Shown here piece after piece: positions 53,438 to 64,000 of a stretch of 64,000 nt of DNA. Numbering within the stretch: position 1 is the first letter of the stretch; the number at the start of each line of letters is the position of its first letter. The notes under the pieces were generated by a model. That model did no database searches, had not been told where the DNA came from, and saw only the letters and a list, made by a program, of their open reading frames with translations. Source of the DNA: Polymyxa betae A26-41. Lineage: Eukaryota > Protista > Endomyxa: Phytomyxea. The stretch lies in assembly GCA_003693705.1 (NCBI GenBank), contig RBZT01000525.1:58791-122790 (forward strand). The letters are read 5' to 3'. The position numbers and the translations under genes were made by a program.

Positions 53438-55620
53438 ATGTCGACCTTTCAGAAATCATCAGGAAACCAAGAAATCTCGGTGCCAACGACGAAAACAGCT
53501 TCAGCGATTTCCTGGCATCCACTGGGTTATTTTTCATCACCATTTCTGCTGGACTCTGAATCCGCCCTCGTGATGGTTTCGTTCAGGAAAAGAGCTAAAA
53601 ATAGAGGCTATAGAGGGTGACGATAGCAGCTGCGCAGAACGATGGGACTTTGACTTAACAGTTACCGTTTAACTCTCCCATCACATTTACATTCCGATAG
53701 TCTCCAATCATCATATCACACATGAACTACATCTACCATCAGCTGGTTTAGGCTCACCATCGATATTATATGAATTGCGGCCTGGTGATCGTCTTTGTAA
53801 GCATCGGGTTCGGTTTCGTTGAAGCAGGATTTTTCGAATCCAACCAGCAGGCTCAGTATGCATCATTTCGAAGTGAGTAATTTGGCTGCTGTCTTTGAAT
53901 CAGGGCGCTGACTTGTATCAGATAGCAACTTGAAGCAGAGACCTAATAAGCTGATAGCCACGAGCAGACAGAAATCACGACCTCCCCTAAAAAATACAGT
54001 TCCGGGTAATTCAACGATTGATCGAATTTCTGTTGGAATTATGCCAATTACTTGAAGTAGGAATGACTTTCTACAACGTCCCGGACGAGTCAAACAACGG
54101 CGCTCAAGGGTATGAGAGCCAGCACGACGAACGCGATACGTTCCGAGATATTGTGTTACCAATCGGCCTGCTCTCTACACCGTTTCCTCAGGCTGAATGG
54201 AACGACATTAGTAATTGCCACATTACTTTCTGTCTCTCAACATGATGTACTAATTTGCATCTCTAGGTGATTTGGACCCGTTTCTCGGTCTGTTGGAAAA
54301 GCCACAAAAAATTCCTGATTTCGAGCAAAACGAGCAAAGTCCACCAAAAATTCCTGATTTCGAGCAAAACGAGCAAAGTCCACCAAAAATTCCTGATTTC
54401 GAGCAAAACGAGCAAAGTCTCAATGTTGTTGAAATAGGCTTCATTGACAGTCAAACTTCGTTTGAAATACAATCAAGCGACTTCGATGACGATATCTCGG
54501 AAGACGCTCGGGATTCTGATTCCGTCGTTCTTCTCGAACCTGATTGTACTCAAGAGAACCTCGTTTCTGACGAAGATTGCGATTCCCTTTGTCATAATCT
54601 TGACATTGCCGAGGAAAAGGATTCGTTCAGCAGAGCCACTGATTGCATTCAACCTACCGAGAACGTTTTGGTTTTGCAAATTTGCAGGGTGCCCAGGAAT
54701 GACAAAGCTCATGAGATCGACTCTGTCCTGGAAAGCCAGCACGAATTTCCAAGTTCTCAACCTGGCAGGAACCAGGCTTCGGATTCCGACTATAATCAGC
54801 CACAGCAACCAGACTCTGCTAGAAATCCAGATTCAGCCGATCTCAGATCGCATCCGACGTTTGTCATCGATCAGAACTACAAACGGTTTTTTTCGCCGAG
54901 ATCTGATCATCTGCTAGAAAGGAGTACTTGGCATCCAAGAATGCTCGCCCTTTATGACCCGGGGCGCCATCATTCGCATCAGAACGACAACCAGTTATCA
55001 AAACTTACATTCCAACAATTTATTGTAGATGTGTGTCTTCAGATTCGGGGGTCGTCAGGATTGTCTTTGTCGTTGCTGCTCAGAATCCATGCTGATCTAA
55101 ATAACATAGCCAGCCGGCTGCTAGGTCTTCAAGAATCAAGTCATCAAGGCAAATTAGAGCTCGTCGAGATATTACACGATAACAAGTTTCCGGTAGACGA
55201 CGAAATCGATTTGAATGGTCGTAATCAAATATGCTATCAAGAAGACATACCAGGTATGCGATTTCTGTTGTTTTGTTAAGTTCAAACAATTAAAGGATTG
55301 AATGCAGCAAACAAAGCAGAGCATTTTTGTCAGGCTGAGCAGCATGTTTGTGATCAATTCTTCAAGCTTCCTGTTTACGTGGAAGATCCAGATTTTGAAT
55401 CTGGCACTGACAGAAGAGACGTCAGGCTTGCAGGTCAAGATTCAACAGCTGTGGCAGCCACTCAAACTGATGTATGGGAAATTTCAGGTTGCAATATCGT
55501 TCAAGTACTGATAGGATGGCTGTCAGAGCGATGCTCGTGATTTCATTGTCGCTGCTGAAGTACCAACGCAGCCTAGAGAGGAGGCCAGTTCAGAGTCAAC
55601 CAGTGATTATGCAGTCTTAA
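53438..55620 (+). CDS. Hypothetical acidic protein with 13-aa tandem repeat (structure uncertain)
   Basis: Best-supported exon is ORF 54272-55279; flanking GT-AG-bounded fragments; start and end approximate. Confidence 0.45.
54302..54418 (+). repeat. 3 x 39-bp coding repeat (PPKIPDFEQNEQS)
   Basis: Three near-perfect copies of CCACCAAAAATTCCTGATTTCGAGCAAAACGAGCAAAGT. Confidence 0.95.
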
Positions 55621-55958
55621 CTATCAGCTTAACCTTCATATTTGTAATTACATGGACCGTTTCTGTTGCTTTCAAACCGAAGTTTAGACAACGAAATAGA
55701 ACGTATATTGTTGAACTTCAATTTTGAAATGATGAAAATCCAACGCCATTTTGGAAAAAATAAACTGATCCAATTAGGTGTTCGGAAAGAAAATTTCTGG
55801 ATAAATGAAATTGAATGTAAAAGACTACTCCTATAAGGCAATGCCACAGCTTAGATAAAAAGCAAGCATTTGATTTGACGAATTTGCATACTCTATATAT
55901 ATCGATAGTGAATGTGAACCGGAAATAAGCTTTAAAAGATGAAATCGTCATCTGGTAA

Positions 55959-56864
55959 CTACCAGATCGAGGACCAAACCTTGGAGAAGATACTCTTAGC
56001 CTGTTTTTGGGATTCTAGTTTCTCACGTTCGATCTGCCTTTGCCTGGCTAACCGGTGTGCTAAGGTACTTTGCTCAAATGAATCGGCGTATATGCTAAGT
56101 GCATCTGGTCGGGCTTTGAACGATTGATGTTCAAGATATTGAGGTGTCGACAGCGAACAATCAAAAACGATGGGCTGCAGACATATTTCTTCGGCATCAA
56201 CGTTGATGTTATGCAAAGCTTCAATTAGCGCGAAAGAAAGCGACTTCTTCACAGAATAAACCGTTGCAATGCGTTTTCTGCTGATTGAAACGCTCACAAC
56301 ACCAGCAACAGATAATATGGCGTTTTTAACCGCATCTTCATCAGCAGGACCGTGCAATTGAAGCTTCACTGAATCCAGGCTCTTTTTCTTAAAAGACTGA
56401 GCTCTACTTTCGTCATCGGTTTTACTGAGGTTTACAAGCGATGCACTAGCGAAATGTGCCTATGAATACGACCTTAATTATGACTGAAAGTTGCAGAAAA
56501 TGCAAAATACCAGATTTTTGTTTGGATGCGTACACAGCTGCGTCAGATTATCGATCAGGGGTTTCATAGAAAGCAACAGCTGCCGGTTAGACGGGTGCGA
56601 AGACAGAAACAAAACTGTTTGTGCAGCAAGCAGCATAACCCTGATATCGGATCCAGGAGAAAGGAATGCGATCACGCCACTAATACAGCCATGCTCCCTT
56701 GCAATATACAGCTGATTATCCGGTTCAGCGGCCAGCTGCCTTAACTGAGCAACTCAACTTAGGCAGAGACCGGTGCAATTCGCCACGAATCCGACCTTCA
56801 ACGCGATTGCTTCCGGATGTAGAGGTGTCGCTGTCGGTCCAACCTTATAGCCAGTATCGGCCAT
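55959..56864 (-). CDS. ARMC1: Armadillo repeat-containing protein 1 (ARM + HMA-like)
   Basis: LRQLAAEPDNQLYIAREHGCISGVIAFL; AILSVAGVVSVSI HMA-like; C-term TPQYL...SIFSKVWSSIW. Confidence 0.75.
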
Positions 56865-57429
56865 GATGTTTGATGATCGTCGAACCGCTTAGCAAACGTA
56901 CTGATCATGCACGAGAGGCAAAAGCAAGCAAGCAAACAGATAAGAGGAGGAGGCCGCGGCCCACACTGAAGCCGCAGCCCTCTTCTTTTAACATGACCAG
57001 GACATTTCTTCTAGAGGGAAGTCGCCTCGTTTAGACGGTATAGTCGTGAATGCCATCTAGAAGGCCACGTCATTGGCGACAATTCCGCAGGCTTTGTTGC
57101 CAGGCACTCCAATCCGAAAAATCGCAACAAGCACATCATTGCTGCCCATGACATCGTTCGGCAGTTAAGTACGCTGTTGGTCGCGGTTCAGGCAAGAATC
57201 CGTTTTTGAATGTCAGGATAGATGAAGCGAGGTCGACTGGACTGATACTACCGGTCTGTTAGTCATCCCAACCTTCAATCTCATTTCAAACGATTCATTT
57301 TCGCCAAATCCATATCAGAAATACAAGGAAATCAGGTGAATTCGACACGCACAAATATTGGCGATGTCGATGAGCGGAATCAACTAGACGATTGAATTCG
57401 TAGTGTACAATGGACTATTATTGGGTATA

Positions 57430-59725
57430 TTATTCGGAATCATCATACGTTAACTTACTATCAGATGTAGTACTGGGCCTTCGGATATCGTCAAATTTCT
57501 TTACGAATCGTCTCCTGGGCTTGGATCGGATCTAAATACATTAAGTACGAAAATCATATGGCAAACTGTGGTAGTACAATGAAATCATTGTCGTCTAAGT
57601 CAACGAAACGATCTTCAGGAAAATCGATAGCTTCGTCGATAGATGATTTTGGCATCCACCAATCGATGAAGCGATAGCTGAGATAATTGAATGCCATCAC
57701 AGCACAGAACAAGATTCCGGCTACAGGACCACATCCATAGTAACTAGTAATTAACGATCAGACGACGTTGAAGTCCTTGTGAAAGTAAACAAACACAAGT
57801 CAATGTGCAGGAAAAAACTGAATACGAGTTCGCTGATGATCAGAAGAATGAATGAAAGTCGGCGTAATGGAAAACTCGTTGCGAAATAACCGGGAAATAG
57901 ATAACGAAATTAGGAATTGCTGAGATTGAATCGATTACCGGCGCAGCCGAACGCTTAAAGGTTCAGGACGATTCCTCATCACTTGATAATAGACCCTCTC
58001 TGTCCTTTCGGCGACACTATTCCAGTTATACATACGCCTCACCTAATAGTTATTCAGCATTATCATAAACAAACGTTTGCAATTCACTTCTTCATGTAGA
58101 TCTTGCGGGCGAACGCGGCGAACATGCCCGATAGCTTTCGACAGTGCTTTGATAACGTCGGAAGCGTTCGGCTCCGTTAGGGTGATCATCGTTTCAGGCA
58201 GAACTTCGCTAATACCGCCAACGCGTGTTGAGACGGTGTACAAACCTAGTAAGCACATCAATTTGGTGAAACATTATTCAAAAAAAGGATAAATAATACC
58301 GCAAGAGATGGCTTCGAGAATGGCGATGCAGAACGCCTCGGTAAGCGAACAATTGAGGAAAATATGACCGCGAACTAAAATGTCACGAACATCGCTGTGT
58401 TGAATGGTGCCAAGCATCTCAATCCGGTCGTGGAGCTGGTTCTTTTCACGCATCTCCTCGATCAAAATTCGCTTCGGTCCGTCGCCGCCAATAATAAAAT
58501 ACACGTTGGGGAAACGAGAACAAATCTCAGGTATGACTTCTGCAGCCAAATCTATTCCCTTAGCAAAACATACGATTCAATAAATAAGATGAAGCTAAAG
58601 AGGAAAGAATGATTGTTCTTTCCACTTTGGAGGAAACGAAAATCACATCGATTAATAATTCATAAGTTTAGCATACCTTTCTGTAGACGAGCCTGCTCAG
58701 AAGAACAATATTAATCCGATCCTTTGTCGGAGGAGCAGCATTACGATCTGGGGTGAATTTCGTGGCATCCACAGCATTGGGGATTACAGACACCTACAGC
58801 AATGGACTCAGTTCCTGACAGCAACTTCCGGACTTCATGATACAATGTGAGATGAATTCAAATAACCCATGGCACAAGTAGAAAAGTAAAAACACGAAAT
58901 ATTGCTAGAGAAGAAAACAAAGGGCTTACATCTCTAGGATCCAAATATGCTCTCAGTACGAGATTTTCTCTGGATGTGTGTGACACACAGATAACCTAAA
59001 CGAAATCGTCAAGGCACGAAACAGAATTCCCAAAACCTTACATGGTCGATTTCAGATAACCACATTTTGTTAAGCTTATTGACATGAATGGCACCGATAT
59101 CAGCAAATCCAAACAAGGAATGGTCTGTATAGACAGCTTTATACCCCATGGTTTTGGCGTGAAGAATAGCTTCGGCCGCCATAAACGACGTGCTTTGATG
59201 ACCATGGACGATATCTATCTAATGTCTTATCAGTAACGGAGGAGTGATGGCGTGATGATAATGGTGGGGTGGGGCGACCCCTCTTACTTTTTCTCTTATC
59301 AATATATTTCGAAGTAAAGGCAAGAAGGTGCACATGGTTGGAGGTGTAGCTTGCTGAACCACCACCCTCAATGGGCAATAATACACTTTCAGGCCTTGGC
59401 TCAAATAACGGACGCCTTGCCGCTGCTTCTCATAAGTTCCTGTAATTAAAATCACCTAGAACGACCCGGGATTCATATAAGGTCGTCAAAAAGAACGCGT
59501 TACTAACCTTATGGTGCCTTCGAATTAATCCCTAAAACTCCATTTCAGCATAAACCACGAGATCGCAGGAAAATGTTTGACCTGAGCCAGATAGTATTGG
59601 TGCATTTCAACGCCGCCCATTCGCGGATAGGAGAAATCGGAGATCAGCGCGATTGCCAGGCGCCGGCCGGATGGCAGAGCTGATTCCAAGGCCTCCAGGC
59701 CGGCGTCGATCGGCGTAGACGCCAT
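57430..59725 (-). CDS. PIGA: GPI N-acetylglucosaminyltransferase catalytic subunit
   Basis: [70 protein letters not shown]; last exon uncertain (stop at 57554 or 57430). Confidence 0.95.
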
Positions 59726-59878
59726 TGGCAGCGGTCAAATATGGTCCGTCGCAGCCAGGATCCGGCGATCCGCAGCATAAGAGAAATCATTCAAATACAG
59801 ATATGAATGCACAAGGAAGCGGAACTGATGCAAACACAAAATTAAACATTACTTGTGTATTTTAAGGGTCTACTAGGC

Positions 59879-60646
59879 TTAAAGATCTTCATCGAACTCG
59901 TTGGCGAAAGTATCGTCCGTGCTTAGAGCGGTGAAGGCGTATTTCGGCTGCTGTGACGCTAGATGATGGTTGAACAGAGCGGCGATGGCGCCCAATGCCG
60001 CCCCGATAGGGTAGCAGATACTCTGGTCGCGCATGAACGCCAAACGAAGGTGGGCGATTTCGACATCTTCGACGTCCAGCATGCCGAAAACGAACCCGAA
60101 TACCAGACCCATGAAGACAGAGGTAGCTAATATTAGATGAACTTGTTCTTCAGTTTCTATAAGACCTGGGCTGGTCTCGGTTTGGCAGGTAGAGACGAAG
60201 AAGTTAATGATGTCGAGAATTGCGAATAAAAGAGCGAAAACCACTGAAATGCCCAGGCAGCAGAACAAAGGAACCTTTGACATATATCCGAATCGTGTCA
60301 CCAATGGCGTATCCAAAACAAAGCAGATCAAGCCCGACAGGATCACGAGTGATGAGAAAGCCAACAGAAGTAAGGATTTGGGTTGCGACAGTGTTTTTAC
60401 ACGCCAGAAGATAATACCACCAATAAACAAGAAAAGAACGCCAAAGTACTAACAAAGTACATCAGCACATTCCATATCTGCGATGGCTGCAAAACCTACG
60501 AAGCCGAAAAACGGATTCAGGCTAATCTCGACCAGAGTGCAGTTGGCGATGAATGAAACAACGGCCCCTAGCAAGGCGCCGGAGACGGCGACGCCCGTCG
60601 TCCTGCTTGCTGACTTCACCCATTCCGTTGTGCTGATTTTACTCAT
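59879..60646 (-). CDS. Multi-pass membrane protein of unknown function
   Basis: Two exons, about 6 TM helices, GFVFGMLDVED, ICYPIGAALG, acidic tail. Confidence 0.75.
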
Positions 60647-61010
60647 TCTCTGGAGAATGTTCTGCAATACAATGAACAACAGTACTATGATGAAGTCGAC
60701 TGGAACACAGAGGCAGTAGCGTTATCACAGTGGACAAACCCTCGCTCTGAGTCTATGACGGTCTGAACTCCAGACCAGCTGCAGTTTGTGTCGAAACGTA
60801 GCCACACATGTAACTGTTGCAATTGCATTGTCTATTTGGCGCTGTACCTACAGCAATTTCAAAACGTGAATTCAATGTTACTAACTAGCCTACTCAATTC
60901 CGAAACGCAAATGTATAGAAGAGTTAACATGCTTTTCAACAAGTTTAGCTCTATTGATTGCTTATTTTATTGTCATCTGCCTTGGTTAGTTTGTGGCAAA
61001 CCCAGGAGCT

Positions 61011-61758
61011 TTATCTCAACATTCGGTAATCAAAGCCAGATCGAGACCTTCGTGAGATAGCCCAGCAGACAATTACGGCACTTAACAACAGAATTGCAAT
61101 GATGATAAGGGATATAAACCATGCGCCAGTGATGGAACATTGGCCCCAGCACCAGCTTTCTGGATAGACATCGACATACACGCCCAGGGAATCGCTGACG
61201 ACGTAGTATTTATGGCCATTCTTGAACGGCCCACCCTCTAGGCATAATCCGCCAGGTCCAGTTCGATTGCTATGAAACTCCTTCTGGTAAGATTCGCCAA
61301 ACATTCTGTACGTGATGGTGCCTTGCCGAGCATAAATGCAGCCAGGATTACTAACACATGATGAGCAGGTCCCGCCTGTGACATCACCACATCGGCATTG
61401 ATGATCAGCGAATAACGACGCCTCGTCGTCTTGAGGACAGCCGGCCATCAAGCTCAGGCAAATCTGTGATCGTGGGCACCAATGGCATCCTGTCGTCAAA
61501 TATTCAGCTAACTCATTGAGAGGATCGTCGAATTTTTGCAAAAAAATGTAAAATGCTTGAAAGGTTCCCATTGATCAGACAGTATTTGCAAACTTTTTCA
61601 ATTTGAAGACGCTTACCCCAATCCTTCTGCGTCAGGCAGGACGAGCAATCATTACTCTCAATGCATCGAGAAGAGAGAGTCAGGAAGGTGTCTACATGAC
61701 TCCTAGCAGCGGTTACAGAGCCGACTGTGGCAATCATGAGTACAATAATAACAGCCAT
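61011..61758 (-). CDS. Type-I membrane protein with two Cys-rich PSI-like modules (PTTG1IP-like)
   Basis: Signal peptide; CSSCLTQKDW|GCHWC; CSSCVSNPGC; WCWGQC; TM; tail ending DYRMLR (Yxx-hydrophobic). Confidence 0.7.
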
Positions 61759-62138
61759 TTTATGAGCAATACAAAAATGAAAAATCTTCTCTGTCTTGTA
61801 TGTAGGTCGGGCTCAGTGACTCGGAGGTTAAGTGTCGTGGAGGGTTTCGCATCACTGGATCATTGATCAACTGGAACGTGAGGCCGCTTTCAATCATTGC
61901 TCTCAAAGCGAATGAAAATGCAACATGCAACTTTTTTTTAAATTTATGATTCTGCTACAAAGAGGTGAGCTCGATACAGATAAATACCCAAGCTTTTCGT
62001 CTATCAAAATGAAATCTATCGATAGTTCAAATATAGGTAAGAACTAAATCAGCTCATATTGTGAGTTCAGTTCGGTTCACATTTCAGACTCAGTAGTCTA
62101 TATGTGTAGTCGTGTAACCATTCCAAAACTATCGCTTT

Positions 62139-63400
62139 TTATGATTTTTTTGGCTTGCATGGAAGACGATCGCACCTTGTCTTCAAATTCTGATCATCTT
62201 CATACTCGATGACATAATGGAATTGGTGTTTATGTATGCATTTAAGACGAGGGTAAGGATGATGTTCAGGGGGAGCTGTGGGCTGGATCCTGGTGGGCGG
62301 AAGGCGATGATGGTTGGTAGTCTTCACAGACTGCATGGTAATTTGAAATCAAAATCGAATACGTTCGTAGCAGAAGAGTTGCTGGAAGAGTACTTGATTA
62401 TTCAAGTCGTCCGTGATGCAAGAAAGCTGTCAGAGACTGCATCACACGATTCATGCATTTTAAGTGTCGATGAATTTCCCGAAGGATGTGCAACTTGTGG
62501 AGAATAATTGAAAACTCCTAAAGAATTATTGTCTGGCCGAGTTATAGTATGGAATTAGAGTTTACTGGCCAGTTTGACACTTTATAAAGATACAGGTTAC
62601 AATAGCAGAGACACCAGCAACAAGTCCTTCACCTGCAATCACACATGCAGTAAAGGTTACCGATCGAGATTTTATGTACAAAAAGGCCACGATTCCCAGT
62701 ATATAAACAAAGGATGTGATAGAATTGAATATTGTTCCCCAAAGCAGTTGCTCGCGCCTTAATGGCGCTGCGATATACAAAATCAATTACAAAACAAACC
62801 AGATCTAAGAATGAATACTTACGTAACGCTGGACGTCCGAAATCTGCCAAACAAAAGGCCACGATTCCCAGTATAAAGGGTGTGATAGAATTAAATATTG
62901 TTCCCCAAAGCAGTTGCTCGCGCCTTAATGGTGCTGCAATTTACAAAATCAATTACAAAACAAACCAGATCTAAAATGAATACCGTGCCTACTCTGATAA
63001 CCGATACTGCCTAGAATCACCTATTGAATCGGATATCAAAATATATATACACTGAGCATATGATCCAATAATCCTGCTCAATTGACATTAAAGTCCGGAT
63101 AAATTTGTGCATGTATTAGCGATTTCCTTTACCAGTCTGGCAAATATTCTTCAGATAGTCATGGAAAGCTTCCGCTTGGGCAGTCGTGTCCGGAATTGTA
63201 GAATCTCCATAACAAAATGCCCGTTTATGAGCTCTTTTCTATTAGAAAAAGTTTCTATGTTTATTCTGATATTTAATGGAGACTTTACTTCGCTTTCATT
63301 CTTGTTCGTGTGACATCAATTCCAGTAGCGATCATATTCGACATTTCTCATAATTAATCGTTAAAAAATTCTCGATAAAAGGCGATTCATGTTCTGCCAA
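62139..63400 (-). pseudogene. Disrupted membrane-protein gene with duplicated exon
   Basis: Hydrophobic frame IWFVL*LILYIAAPLRREQLLWG carries a stop; further in-frame TGA stops in 63090-63350; duplicated segment. Confidence 0.4.
62682..62974. repeat. ~125-bp direct duplication
   Basis: Copies 62682-62808 and 62854-62974, differing by a few substitutions and a small indel. Confidence 0.9.
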
Positions 63401-63774
63401 TTTCGCGATAAATGACACCATCGACCACTCAAAGATGTCGTCAGCGGGTTCCGGCGCGCAGAGTATTTTCTAAAATTTATTCGAAAAAGATAGAGCACAA
63501 AAACTGTGAGAAACAGGGTGCGCACATTTTTCTATGCGGGAGCAGCCCACCTCTGCTCGGCGCACTGCCTAGACGCGGGTAAAACCACCCCCTACCGCCA
63601 TTTCCCATACAAAAAGATCTCGGGCCAGGTAAAGCGCTCGTGCCAGGCAAAATCTGACAGAGCAATCGCCGAACTCATCCTCATCCAGAATCAAAAAAAG
63701 ATAACATGTTCAAGAACCCCACTGACCTGCACATGTTTATCGCTATTATTATTGTCATGTGACGTATACACTCA

Positions 63775-63887
63775 CGAACCCAATCGAACCCAATCGAACC
63801 CAATCGAACCCAATCGAACCCAATCGAACCCAATCGAACCCAATCGAACCCAATCGAACCCAATCGAACCCAATCGAACCCAATCGA
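63775..63887. repeat. 10-bp minisatellite (CAATCGAACC)x~11
   Basis: Perfect tandem array. Confidence 0.97.
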
Positions 63888-64000
63888 GATCATTTCTTCG
63901 CCTCGCCCCACCTACACTTACACTTGCACCCACGATGATTCACCCCTTTTTTCGGTCGGAACGAATTAACATTCTTAATATTGTCACAGCACAACTGTGT

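Noticed and set aside
55728-55770. ATGATGA...CTGA snoRNA-like boxes
   Set aside because: Too short, no terminal stem, in AT-rich convergent 3' spacer
56990-57400. Possible RNase P/MRP RNA (GGAAGTCGCC ... GGCGAT)
   Set aside because: Only a 6-bp match; conserved regions and closing helix not evident
63090-63350. TGA read-through or alternative genetic code
   Set aside because: Conserved genes in the window use TGA as stop and TGG for Trp; decay is the simpler explanation
63681-63911. ORF with SIGFDWVRLG repeats
   Set aside because: Translation of the 10-bp minisatellite

Overview
Gene-dense eukaryotic (protist) nuclear DNA with very many short (~40-60 nt) spliceosomal introns, so the supplied ORF track shows only exon fragments and misses some genes entirely. 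A flagellar dynein-assembly gene (DAW1/ODA16), the SCAR/WAVE subunit CYFIP and secreted expansin-like proteins together suggest a plant-associated amoeboflagellate such as a phytomyxid/plasmodiophorid (inference only). Recognisable housekeeping genes: GPN3, DAW1, a PAQR receptor, TECR, OTUD6B, Sec61-alpha, glutamine-dependent NAD synthetase, thiolase, an amino-acid transporter, an MscS channel, organellar TyrRS, CHMP7, IMPACT, cathepsin D-like protease, Rpp21, CYFIP, ARMC1, PIG-A and tRNA-Ser(GCT). Most notable: (i) paired TGA(G/C)TCA AP-1/Gcn4-type motifs upstream of three secreted-protein genes and the MscS gene (candidate regulon); (ii) two expansin-like paralogues; (iii) an unannotated two-exon metallothionein; (iv) a His/Gly-rich secreted protein; (v) an 846-bp non-autonomous hAT element with TIRs and 8-bp TSD; (vi) a probable intron-split start codon in Sec61-alpha and a GC-AG intron; (vii) divergent Spc34-like, heme-oxygenase-like and signal-peptide+RWD proteins. 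Gene spans include introns; exon boundaries were read by eye and family calls rest on recalled motifs, not searches.
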